A stretch of 64,000 bases of DNA from Promethearchaeota archaeon (GTDB taxonomy: Archaea; Asgardarchaeota; Lokiarchaeia; Sigyniarchaeales; SOKP01), in contig JAHLWS010000053.1 in assembly GCA_019057795.1 (NCBI GenBank), forward strand, positions 32,001 to 96,000. Direction: 5' to 3'. Position numbers and translations under genes: made by a program. The notes under the pieces were generated by a model that was not told where the DNA came from, ran no database searches, and saw only the letters and a list, made by a program, of their open reading frames with translations. Positions within the stretch are counted from its first letter, which is position 1, and the number at the start of each line of letters is the position of its first letter. Positions 1-8,657 of the stretch are shown one piece after another.

Positions 1-594
1 ACAGATAACACTTCAGCTACCGCTAAAAAAGCAGGCGCAATAGTAATATCGAATAAAAAGAACTTAGGTTTGGGTTATTCCTTTAAAATTGGATTAGTAG
101 AAGCGTTAAAAGAAGGAGCAGATGTTATAGTGGTGTTAGACGGCGACGGTCAATATAACCCTAAACACATAAGTAAGTTGATTTGTCCAATATTACGAGA
201 TGAAGCCGATTTAGTGCAAGGAAACCGATTTTTGGCTGGCGAGAGATACGAAAGTTCGTCAATAAAGAAATTAGGAAACAAGCTTATTTCGATCTTTTTG
301 TCCACGATATTATTAAGACTGACAGAAGTTTACGATGTACAATCCTCTTTTAGGGCGTTTAATAGATCTTTAGCTACTGTTCTTGTGGACGAAATTGTAG
401 GTAAGTACAATTACGCTCAAGAAATGTTTATAATAACGAGCCTACATGGGTACAAAATAAAACAAATTCCGGTCCAATGTTCGAAAAGAAGTTATGGTCA
501 ATCAAGGTTAATCAGGAATCCTTTCATCCATTTAATTAAAATTCTCTGGGTTAGCTTAAGAACTTATTTGTTATTAAAATATTGGAAAAACTAA
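1..594 (+). CDS. Glycosyltransferase family 2 (DPM1-like), 5'-truncated by the window edge
   Basis: Frame is open from base 1 (TDNTSATAKKAGAIVISNKKNLGLG); motifs VLDGDGQY, DLVQGNRF, DVQSSFRAF. Confidence 0.9.
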   Translation, partial: TDNTSATAKKAGAIVISNKKNLGLGYSFKIGLVEALKEGADVIVVLDGDGQYNPKHISKLICPILRDEADLVQGNRFLAGERYESSSIKKLGNKLISIFLSTILLRLTEVYDVQSSFRAFNRSLATVLVDEIVGKYNYAQEMFIITSLHGYKIKQIPVQCSKRSYGQSRLIRNPFIHLIKILWVSLRTYLLLKYWKN

Positions 595-748
595 ATCATA
601 AGCTATGAAAATTTAATTCTATTCTAGAGATATTTTCTTCTTTCAATAAAAAATAGTGATCCTTTTATAAATCCATTATAAATTTATCATGCTAAGTGAA
701 GTTATTATTATAAAAATTTCTAAAAATATTATTAAGGTGAAAAAAAAT

Positions 749-778
749 ATGCCACATGCTGGAGACGCAGTTCCATAA
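749..778 (+). CDS. Putative 9-aa micropeptide MPHAGDAVP
   Basis: ATG..TAA, 15/30 GC in an AT-rich spacer; AAGGTGA SD at 734-740; T-tract at 800-820. Confidence 0.4.
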   Translation: MPHAGDAVP

Positions 779-799
779 GTTTATTTTAGCAAGAAAATA

Positions 800-820
800 T
801 TTTTTCCTTTTTTTTTTTTT
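800..820 (+). terminator. Oligo-T archaeal terminator-like tract
   Basis: TTTTTTCC followed by T13 (808-820), 22 nt after the micro-ORF stop. Confidence 0.5.
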
Positions 821-854
821 GGTTTAATATCTCAATTTTCGATTTTTCGAAGAT

Positions 855-2042
855 TTATAAGTCTGAAGGCAATGTTTGTTCAGTAAGTAATCTACGAAAA
901 TGCTTCGGAGATGGTCGATTGCCAAATTTTTCAGTGATAAGCCGTTCTCCTTGGTAAACTAATACATAGTGGGCCCACAATTCATCCGATATAAATTTTA
1001 ATATTGCTCTAATTCCTTTATCAGGAATCACTTTAAAACTCTTAGCATATCTTATTAGCTCATTCTCCGTCCATTTATGAACATACTTATGGTAAGCTAA
1101 ATTACTTTGAAATTTCGCAAATCCGCATCTAATTTCGTCCTGTCTAGTTAAAGTCTCTAAATTATCTTCAATTTTAGGATTGGGGTGAAGCTCTGCTAAT
1201 AAGATTTTCGCACTTTCAGTAGGATCAAATAAGACTTTTTCAGCTGTTACTCCAATTCCTTCTGAAATGACTATCTCTGGACTATAAATTAATAGAATAG
1301 AGCTTTCAAAATAACCTTTAGAGCGATACAAAAGCTTCTCTCGTGCTGTCCGTTCCGTGTGGTGTCCAGGATATCCCTCATGGCAAGCACTAGATAATAA
1401 ATGAGTCCAGTAATGAAATGTACTAATATTGATCTCTATTCTGGAGGCATAATTTCCTCTATACCAACAATACTTTGGCCAGCTTTGATCTTCTACTTCT
1501 AAAATGTCAATCTCTTCGTTATCTGGAAGCAGATTAGGAAAAACTTCTTGCGTTCGTTTTTGTGCAATACGAATTGCTTTCATATACAGCTCTTTTAAAC
1601 GACCTGATGGAATAGTCCTTTGTTTAGCATACCTTGCTATCCGTTCAGATAAAGTTCCTTTTCCCTTATACAATTTATCTGCTTTTGATGATAAATTATA
1701 AAAAAAGTTATCGTTATAAAATATTGGTTTAAAATCAAATAATTTCTCAACTTGCTCTAAATATGGAATTTTCTCGCCATTTAATGTTCTTAAAGTGGTT
1801 TCAATAGCAGTAAGAGTTTTATCAAGGAAATTAAGGCGCTTCTTTTCGAATCCTTGCTTTGGTAATTGAGCAATGAGAGCTCTACAATCTTTTAATAATG
1901 TTGTAGGGGAAATTTTTTCCTCTAAGTCCACTGTGTATTTAAGTTCTGGGGGCCCATAATAATGCTCAACATAACCATTTATATGTTTGTTGATCCTCAA
2001 TCCTAAACGCAGATATATTTTGGCAAAATCATTTAACTCCAT
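855..2042 (-). CDS. DUF885-like zinc metallopeptidase family protein
   Basis: HEGYPGHH motif with downstream ISEGIG; ATG at 2042 preferred over TTG at 2051. Confidence 0.7.
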   Translation of the reverse strand: MELNDFAKIYLRLGLRINKHINGYVEHYYGPPELKYTVDLEEKISPTTLLKDCRALIAQLPKQGFEKKRLNFLDKTLTAIETTLRTLNGEKIPYLEQVEKLFDFKPIFYNDNFFYNLSSKADKLYKGKGTLSERIARYAKQRTIPSGRLKELYMKAIRIAQKRTQEVFPNLLPDNEEIDILEVEDQSWPKYCWYRGNYASRIEINISTFHYWTHLLSSACHEGYPGHHTERTAREKLLYRSKGYFESSILLIYSPEIVISEGIGVTAEKVLFDPTESAKILLAELHPNPKIEDNLETLTRQDEIRCGFAKFQSNLAYHKYVHKWTENELIRYAKSFKVIPDKGIRAILKFISDELWAHYVLVYQGERLITEKFGNRPSPKHFRRLLTEQTLPSDL

Positions 2043-2124
2043 ATTGAACAAGCCAGTTTTGCTATTTTCTTTCTGTCTCTCTCTATTTCTCTTGATTAGT
2101 AGTAAATAGTTAACTAGTATTTTC

Positions 2125-2961
2125 TCAAAGACCTAGTTGCGATACCATCATTCTTTTCAGCTCTTCTTTATTTTTAGGCAAACCAAACATATCTGCATAC
2201 TTATCTGTTGTAGCCAATTCAGCTGACCTTCCTTTTTTTACTGCCGATATTAGATCGTTTTCTAAAAGGTATTTGACATGTTCGTAAGCCCCACTTCCTC
2301 TTAATTTAATAACAGTTGATTTTAAAATTGGTTGCTTCAACGCGATAATCGTTAGCGTTCTTAAGTAACGCTCAGCAATAGCGCCTCCTTTGGCGAATTT
2401 AGATACAGTTTCGGTAAGTTCGGGTCTAAGCTGCATCTGGTATTTTTCTCCAATTTGAGCGACAATTAACGCGCCAGAATGTTCTAAATAATCAAAAGCA
2501 ACAACTCTTACTAATTCTTCAACTTCTTTTTTGGGAATTTCTAATTTAGTTGATAATTCTTCGACATCAAGGGGTCTACCTGCTGCGTAAAGGGCGCCTT
2601 CTATTAGATTTCTCCGTAGTTCTTTTAATTGTATTTCTAAATCTTCTTTCGTGATTTCTGGGGTTATTTGGGGTTCTTCACCGTCTTTTCCTATAATTTT
2701 AGTTTCTAGTTCACTTAATCTTTCTTCTGATATTTCGGAACTTAATGTGTCTTCTTTAAATTCTTCTTTGGATTCTTTTTCGAGTACTTCTTCAATATAT
2801 TCATCAGTATCAATAGTATCCTCTATTTCTTCAGGAATCTTTTCTACTTGAGAGATATTTTCTTCTTCTATTTCACTTATATGTATTTCTTCCTTCTCTT
2901 CTTCTATTTCAGTTTCAATTTCAGGTAGTTTTTCTAGTTCTTTTTCGCTATTTTCGTTCAT
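2125..2961 (-). CDS. scpB: SMC-ScpAB KITE subunit ScpB with a long acidic N-terminal extension
   Basis: IEGALYAAGRPL, LRTLTIIALKQPI, LRGSGAYEHVKYL, TTDKYADMFGL; downstream of scpA and smc. Confidence 0.92.
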   Translation of the reverse strand: MNENSEKELEKLPEIETEIEEEKEEIHISEIEEENISQVEKIPEEIEDTIDTDEYIEEVLEKESKEEFKEDTLSSEISEERLSELETKIIGKDGEEPQITPEITKEDLEIQLKELRRNLIEGALYAAGRPLDVEELSTKLEIPKKEVEELVRVVAFDYLEHSGALIVAQIGEKYQMQLRPELTETVSKFAKGGAIAERYLRTLTIIALKQPILKSTVIKLRGSGAYEHVKYLLENDLISAVKKGRSAELATTDKYADMFGLPKNKEELKRMMVSQLGL

Positions 2962-2990
2962 AATTTATCGCCAAAATTATTTTATCAAAA

Positions 2991-3998
2991 TTATTTTCTT
3001 AAGTTAATTGAAATATTTTTAAAAACTTCTTCTTGTGATAGTATTAGCTTATTGCCCGTGGACAAGAACATAAGCGCCAAAAACATTCTTACTAAAGCAA
3101 ACTTTTTACCAAGGTCGCTTTCTTCTTCAGTATTAATAATTTTGGCTATATCAAAAAAACTTGTTTCTTTATCGTCAAGTTGTATTTTCGATTTAATGCG
3201 GTTAAACCAAGAATTGTGCAGTTCTTCTACCGTTTGTTCTTTTCCACTAATATGCTTCAAAAGTTCTTTTGGTAATTGAGCTTTTGATCTCATTTGAATT
3301 CTTTGTTGTTTTATTTCGTCCCTCCGCATTCTCCGTCGTTTTAATTTTTCTTTCTTTTGCATTGTTTCGATTATGGCAGACCTCATCGCGTCAAATAATT
3401 CATCTTTAGTGGAAATTAGCATTTTTGGCTGAATGGGTTGCGGTAAGGTCTTTGGAATTATTCGAGAATGTTTTTCCCGGAATTTCTCTAATTCTTCTTT
3501 TTTTTGAATTTGTTCTTCTTCTCTTATGATACTCGAAATTTTATAATGATGAAGTACTGCTGATGTTTTGAGAGCGATACCTGCAATTTTATAATTGATT
3601 AAATCTTCATGTAGCATATTATCGAAAAATTTATCTACCAAAGATGCTAAATCATAGAACGCAACATTAGATTCTTTTGCGACTTCGCTATCTAATAGCG
3701 AATTATAGGGGGGTTTTTGCCAAAATTTCAAATCTAATTTTTGTTTATGAATTAGTGTAGGATCATCTTCTTCGCCAGCAATTAATTCTTCTTCAATTAT
3801 TTCCTCCACATCTTCCTGTTCTTGAGTTCTATCGATAAATTCTGGATGAGAAGTTACCTTGCTTAAAAGCTTTATAATATCGTTCTTTTTGGACTTAGAA
3901 GGGATATTAATCTTATTTTTACTCGCAAATTCTCTTAATTGCTTAACACTCCATTCCGTGAAGGCGTACTTCTTTTCTGAGGCATTCTTTTCAGGAAT
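2991..3998 (-). CDS. scpA: Kleisin ScpA; proposed ATT start at 3998 adds an N-terminal SAP/HeH-like module (ORF track start is GTG 3809)
   Basis: Kleisin N domain (LVDKFF..IAGIALKTSAVLHHYK) and C-terminal wHTH (RMFLALMFL..LSQEEVF); frame open upstream of 3809 with AGGTG-N7-ATT. Identity is secure, start is inferred. Confidence 0.85.
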   Translation of the reverse strand: MPEKNASEKKYAFTEWSVKQLREFASKNKINIPSKSKKNDIIKLLSKVTSHPEFIDRTQEQEDVEEIIEEELIAGEEDDPTLIHKQKLDLKFWQKPPYNSLLDSEVAKESNVAFYDLASLVDKFFDNMLHEDLINYKIAGIALKTSAVLHHYKISSIIREEEQIQKKEELEKFREKHSRIIPKTLPQPIQPKMLISTKDELFDAMRSAIIETMQKKEKLKRRRMRRDEIKQQRIQMRSKAQLPKELLKHISGKEQTVEELHNSWFNRIKSKIQLDDKETSFFDIAKIINTEEESDLGKKFALVRMFLALMFLSTGNKLILSQEEVFKNISINLRK

Positions 3999-4030
3999 AA
4001 TATTACACCTAAAACTTTTAATTATTAATC

Positions 4031-7000
4031 TTAATTTTCTTCTACATTTGTGGGCACATCTGGAAGTTCAAGTAGCCTCTTGGCTTCTTCTTCCAAATCT
4101 ACGCTAAAGATATCGGTTATTCCACTTTGTTGCATGGAAACGCCATAAATTCGATCAGCATTTACAATATTTTCCTCTCTATGACTGATTACCATAAATT
4201 GTGCTTGTCTCGCAAATTCCTTTATAACTACACTGACTCTGTGCACATTTGGACCGTCTAAAGCGGCATCAATCTCATCCATGATGTAAAATGGAGCAGG
4301 ATAAAATTCTTGGACGGCAAATATAAAAGATAACGCAACCAAAGTTTTTTCGCCCCCACTAAGGATCTCCAAACTAGAGATACGTTTTCCACGAGGTCGA
4401 GCTTCAATACTAACCCCTCCCTCAAACGGTTTATCGGGGCGATCAAGAATCATTTTAGCAGATCCCCCGGGCGAAAGCTTCTGGAAAATGCGCGAAAACT
4501 CTCGGTTTATCTCGTGATATGATTTCATGAAGGTTCTAGTTTTTTCCAAATCAATCTTATCAATTGCGTCAAGTATAGATTTCCTTTCGCGTTGAATCGT
4601 CTGTCTCCTCATATCAATTTCGTTGAATCGCTCTTTTACAGTATCGTATTGTGTAATTGCCTTTAAATTAACGGGTTCTAGAGCTTTTTTCTTGTTATTG
4701 GCAGTAGAAATATCCGATTGCAGACCAGATTCAGATAAATCGTCAGTAACTGGGGGTAATGAGCCATAGTCTTTAGAGCGTTGATACAGCGTTTCAATTT
4801 GATCCGTGGTGATAATTTTTTTAGATTCGTAATTATTCAATTTAGAACGTTCCATAGAGTGGTCTGATTTAAGTTCATTCAATTGATTCTGATAATTTTT
4901 TTGTTTTTTCCAAGATATATCCTTTCCTTGAATTTCTTTGTTTATCTCTTCTTGCTTGAGGCTCCTTTTATCGTTTTCTTGGTTTAGATCGTTTTTAACC
5001 TTTTCAATATCTTTTAATATGGAATCAACTTGTTTTTCGGCATCTTTGATATCTTCGTGCAAGGATATAATTTTTTGTTCTCTTTCCTTATTTTTGTTTA
5101 ATTCGTTTAATTTAGCTTGGGATTTGTGAAGATCTTTGTTTAATTTATTTAATTTTTTCTGAGCTCTCTTCTGGGCGTCTAACTCTTTGTTTTTATCCTC
5201 ATGCATTGAATTTATTATTTGTTGTACCTCGTCAACTTTCTTTTGTACTCCGTCTACCTGAGAGTTAAGTCCTTCTGTCTCTTGATTACAACTTGTAATG
5301 CTTTTGCTTGCTTCAACATTTTCCTTAGATAAATCTTCAATTGAATTTATAATCATCATTACATTTTCAAGGCCCCTTAACTTATCCATGGTTGTTTCTA
5401 AATTCTTGTTCTGTTCATCAATTTGTGTTCTTAACTTTTCAGTACTTTCCCAAAAGTTGTCTTTTTCAGAAAGACGGGCTTCTATTTTTGAAATTATTGC
5501 GTCTTGCTCTAGCTTAAGATTCTTTATATTTTCTTCAGTATTGATTATAACATTTTTCTTCTCTTCTATATTACTATTTAATTCTTTTATATTACTTTCA
5601 ATTTCAATAATATCGTCGTAAAACGATTGGATACCTTGTAATTCTTGTAGCTTCTTTTGCAGCCCATCTAATTCTATTTGTTTGCCTTCAATATTTTTTT
5701 TAATTGTCGAAATATCGTCCCAATAAATGTTTTTTAACTGCTTTAAATTTTTAATCTCAGCCTCAAAGTTTTCTTTTTGCTTCTCTTCTACCACCAAGTT
5801 CCTCTGCTCAAGTTCATTTTCAGATTTCTTAATTTTTTCATTAATTTCGCTAATTCTTTTATTAATATCTTCTAGTCTTTTATTACAAGCAGAAAGATCT
5901 ACTGAATCGTGGTTATTTTGAGTGCTAATCACGCTTAATTTTTTGTCAATAGCATTAAAGTCGTTATTTTGAATATTAATATTTTCAGTGATTTCTTCGA
6001 GTTGTTTATATAAATCTTGGCTTTTCGACATAGTTAACTTTCTTAACGAAAGATATACATTTTCAAGGATCTCCATTAAATCTTGTACAAAGCTATCAAA
6101 GGTTGAGGTAGATTCTTGTATCTCCACATCTGCTGATTCTTTTACTTTATCTATTAATTGGTCTATGGTAGAATCAATGTTATCAGTAAAGAGTGCTAAA
6201 GTTTGAAGGATAGATTTAAGAGTTTCAGACATTTCAGAAGCATCAGATCTTTCTTCAACTTCAGAGCTAACTCCTTCAATAGTTTTCATAATATCAATTA
6301 TATCTAAAACAAATTGTTTAAAATTCGTTCCACTGGTTTCGATAGCTTCTGCGTTTGATTGTTGAATGTTGCCCTTTATTGATTCAACGGATATATTGAT
6401 GTTTTGAGTTAACATATTTAAAATCTGAAGGATTCCTGTAATATCTTCTGTGTTTCTTTCGTATTCTTCTTCTGTACTTTCAATCTTCAACAATAAATTA
6501 TCTTTTTCGGTTGAAAGTTCCCCCATGCGTCTTTGAATATTTTCTTTTTTCTTATTCAAATTTTGTGATTCTTTGTCTGTTTTAGTAAGGTTACCGCTTA
6601 AAGTAGACGATTTTAAATCCAATTCACGCTTTTCGCGTTCAAGATTTGTAAGTTCTTTTTTAATTAATTTTAATCTAGTATTGATATTTTCAATCCTAGA
6701 TTTGTTATCATAGATTTCATTTACGATAGAATCTTGTTTCATTAACAATAATTCTAAATTTTGTTCATTTTTTCTATAAGTAGAATCTTCTTCTTTTGCT
6801 TGTCTTCTAAACTCGTTAATATCTTTTAGTAAAGTATCTCTTTTTTTCAGCAATTCTTTTAAAACTTCTTCTGTATCTTTTCCTTTACTAAGGTTTTTAA
6901 TTTTATTTTCAGTAGCTACTTTTCTCAATTTTAATTTCTCAATACGGTCACTATTCATTTTAATTTCTGTATTTAATGAGGATAGCATAGAGTTGAAATC

Positions 7001-8488
7001 GGCTATTTTCGAATTTAATTGGCTCTTTTCATCTCGTAATTCATTTATACCTTTTTCTAATTCTTTCTGGTTATCATTTTCCTTAGAAATTTTTACATTT
7101 AAGTTAGCTACTTCTTTTCTTATAATTTCTGCTTCCTTTTTTGTGCTTTTTATCGCTTCCTCTACACTCTCAGAATCTCCCTTCAATTTATTAAGCTCTG
7201 CTTCTAACTTTATTTTCTTCTCTTCATTTTTTTTAATGTTTTCTTTTAGAAACTTTAATTTGGCTTTATTTGAGGAAATGCTCTGCTTGATCGTTGAAAT
7301 TTCTCGATTAAGTGTCGATTTTGTGTTGTTATTATTTTGGATTTTAGTCTCAATTTCTGCTTGATTTTGTTGTTTACTCTCGATTTCGCCTTTAGTCTCT
7401 TCAATCAAGTTATCTGTTTCCATTATTACCTTTGATTCTGACTCTATTAAAGAATCGTAAGTCTGACCCTCTTCAAGTTCCATTTGTAAATTTTCTAAGG
7501 TTTTTATCTCTTGAGTTAGTTTTTCTATTGATTTTTTAAAATTTTTTAAAGAAGTTTGATTCGAAGATTGTTGGGTTTTTAATAGAGTAATATTTTCGGT
7601 AATGACTTCTCTTTCTTTTTCTTTCTCAGATATTGTTTTTTGTATGTTTTCCATAACTAAGGTTTCTTGTTGTAGCAACTCTTCTTGTCTTGTTAATTTT
7701 TCCTGCAATTCTTCAATAATATAATTAGATTCCTCTATTTTAACCTCCAATTCTTCCTCTTCTTTCCTCAATTTTGAAATCTTTAAAGCGATCAATTGAG
7801 CATTGTAATATGAAACCTTTTCATCTAGTTCCTTCCAAGCTAAAGCATCGTTTTTTTCTTTTTCAACTTTTTTAAGTTGAGAAGACACTTCTTTAAAAAT
7901 TGCTTCAAATTGCCCTAGATCACGCTCGGCTTTTTCTAACTCTTTCATCGTTGCGTCCTTCATTTCGTCGTACTTCTGAAGGCCAATTAGATTTTCAATG
8001 AATAATCTGCGACCCACTTCGTTCATATGAGTCAATTCCACGATTTTTCCTTGCAAAACAAATTGGTTGCTGCCATCAGGATCTACATTAGCTACAGCTA
8101 AAGCGTTAAGAATTTGTTGACGGGTAGCTTTTTTCTCATTCATTTTATAGCCGCCACCACCTCCTCTTTGTATAGTTCGACTAATTTCAAAAGTATCAGT
8201 TCCGCCTGGAAATATTTTTTCGGAATTATCAAAATATAGAGACACTGTGGCTCTATTTGAAGGGTTTTTACCTCGAGAGCCAGCAAAAATTAAATCTTCA
8301 AGACTTTTGGCTCTCATAGTTTTCTTGCTTAATCTACCTAAAGCAAAAGTTAATGCGTCAATAATATTGGATTTGCCGGCCCCATTAGGCCCTACGATGC
8401 ATGTAAACCCTGAAGAGAGCCTTATAGTTACCGTACGATCTCCGAAGGATTTAAATCCTGTCATCGAAATTTTTTTAATATAGGTCAA
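4031..8488 (-). CDS. smc: Chromosome segregation ATPase SMC, 1485 aa, non-canonical central (hinge) domain
   Basis: GFKSF, Walker A GPNGAGKSN, Q-loop FVLQG, PVNLKAI, signature LSGGEK, Walker B IMDEID, ISH; TTG start; operon with scpAB. Confidence 0.95.
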   Translation of the reverse strand: MTYIKKISMTGFKSFGDRTVTIRLSSGFTCIVGPNGAGKSNIIDALTFALGRLSKKTMRAKSLEDLIFAGSRGKNPSNRATVSLYFDNSEKIFPGGTDTFEISRTIQRGGGGGYKMNEKKATRQQILNALAVANVDPDGSNQFVLQGKIVELTHMNEVGRRLFIENLIGLQKYDEMKDATMKELEKAERDLGQFEAIFKEVSSQLKKVEKEKNDALAWKELDEKVSYYNAQLIALKISKLRKEEEELEVKIEESNYIIEELQEKLTRQEELLQQETLVMENIQKTISEKEKEREVITENITLLKTQQSSNQTSLKNFKKSIEKLTQEIKTLENLQMELEEGQTYDSLIESESKVIMETDNLIEETKGEIESKQQNQAEIETKIQNNNNTKSTLNREISTIKQSISSNKAKLKFLKENIKKNEEKKIKLEAELNKLKGDSESVEEAIKSTKKEAEIIRKEVANLNVKISKENDNQKELEKGINELRDEKSQLNSKIADFNSMLSSLNTEIKMNSDRIEKLKLRKVATENKIKNLSKGKDTEEVLKELLKKRDTLLKDINEFRRQAKEEDSTYRKNEQNLELLLMKQDSIVNEIYDNKSRIENINTRLKLIKKELTNLEREKRELDLKSSTLSGNLTKTDKESQNLNKKKENIQRRMGELSTEKDNLLLKIESTEEEYERNTEDITGILQILNMLTQNINISVESIKGNIQQSNAEAIETSGTNFKQFVLDIIDIMKTIEGVSSEVEERSDASEMSETLKSILQTLALFTDNIDSTIDQLIDKVKESADVEIQESTSTFDSFVQDLMEILENVYLSLRKLTMSKSQDLYKQLEEITENINIQNNDFNAIDKKLSVISTQNNHDSVDLSACNKRLEDINKRISEINEKIKKSENELEQRNLVVEEKQKENFEAEIKNLKQLKNIYWDDISTIKKNIEGKQIELDGLQKKLQELQGIQSFYDDIIEIESNIKELNSNIEEKKNVIINTEENIKNLKLEQDAIISKIEARLSEKDNFWESTEKLRTQIDEQNKNLETTMDKLRGLENVMMIINSIEDLSKENVEASKSITSCNQETEGLNSQVDGVQKKVDEVQQIINSMHEDKNKELDAQKRAQKKLNKLNKDLHKSQAKLNELNKNKEREQKIISLHEDIKDAEKQVDSILKDIEKVKNDLNQENDKRSLKQEEINKEIQGKDISWKKQKNYQNQLNELKSDHSMERSKLNNYESKKIITTDQIETLYQRSKDYGSLPPVTDDLSESGLQSDISTANNKKKALEPVNLKAITQYDTVKERFNEIDMRRQTIQRERKSILDAIDKIDLEKTRTFMKSYHEINREFSRIFQKLSPGGSAKMILDRPDKPFEGGVSIEARPRGKRISSLEILSGGEKTLVALSFIFAVQEFYPAPFYIMDEIDAALDGPNVHRVSVVIKEFARQAQFMVISHREENIVNADRIYGVSMQQSGITDIFSVDLEEEAKRLLELPDVPTNVEEN

Positions 8489-8657
8489 ATTAAAATTTCC
8501 ATTTCTTTATATTTTATTTTAAAATTAAAGAATACATTCATGTATTTATATACTAATACTTAGCATTTAAAAAATAAGGTTATGGTTTTTTATTTTGCTA
8601 CATTTTTGAAAAATCTAAAGTTATGAGCATAATTGATATTTTAAAAAAATGTATTTA

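Noticed and set aside
3859-8483. Ser/Phe/Leu-rich plus-strand ORFs opposite scpA and smc, and similar short antisense ORFs elsewhere
   Set aside because: Expected reverse-frame shadows of Glu/Lys-rich genes
4031-8488. Calling the hinge-less protein Rad50 or an intein-containing SMC
   Set aside because: No CxxC hook or mre11; SMC-type head motifs and scpAB linkage; no intein termini or homing-endonuclease motifs seen
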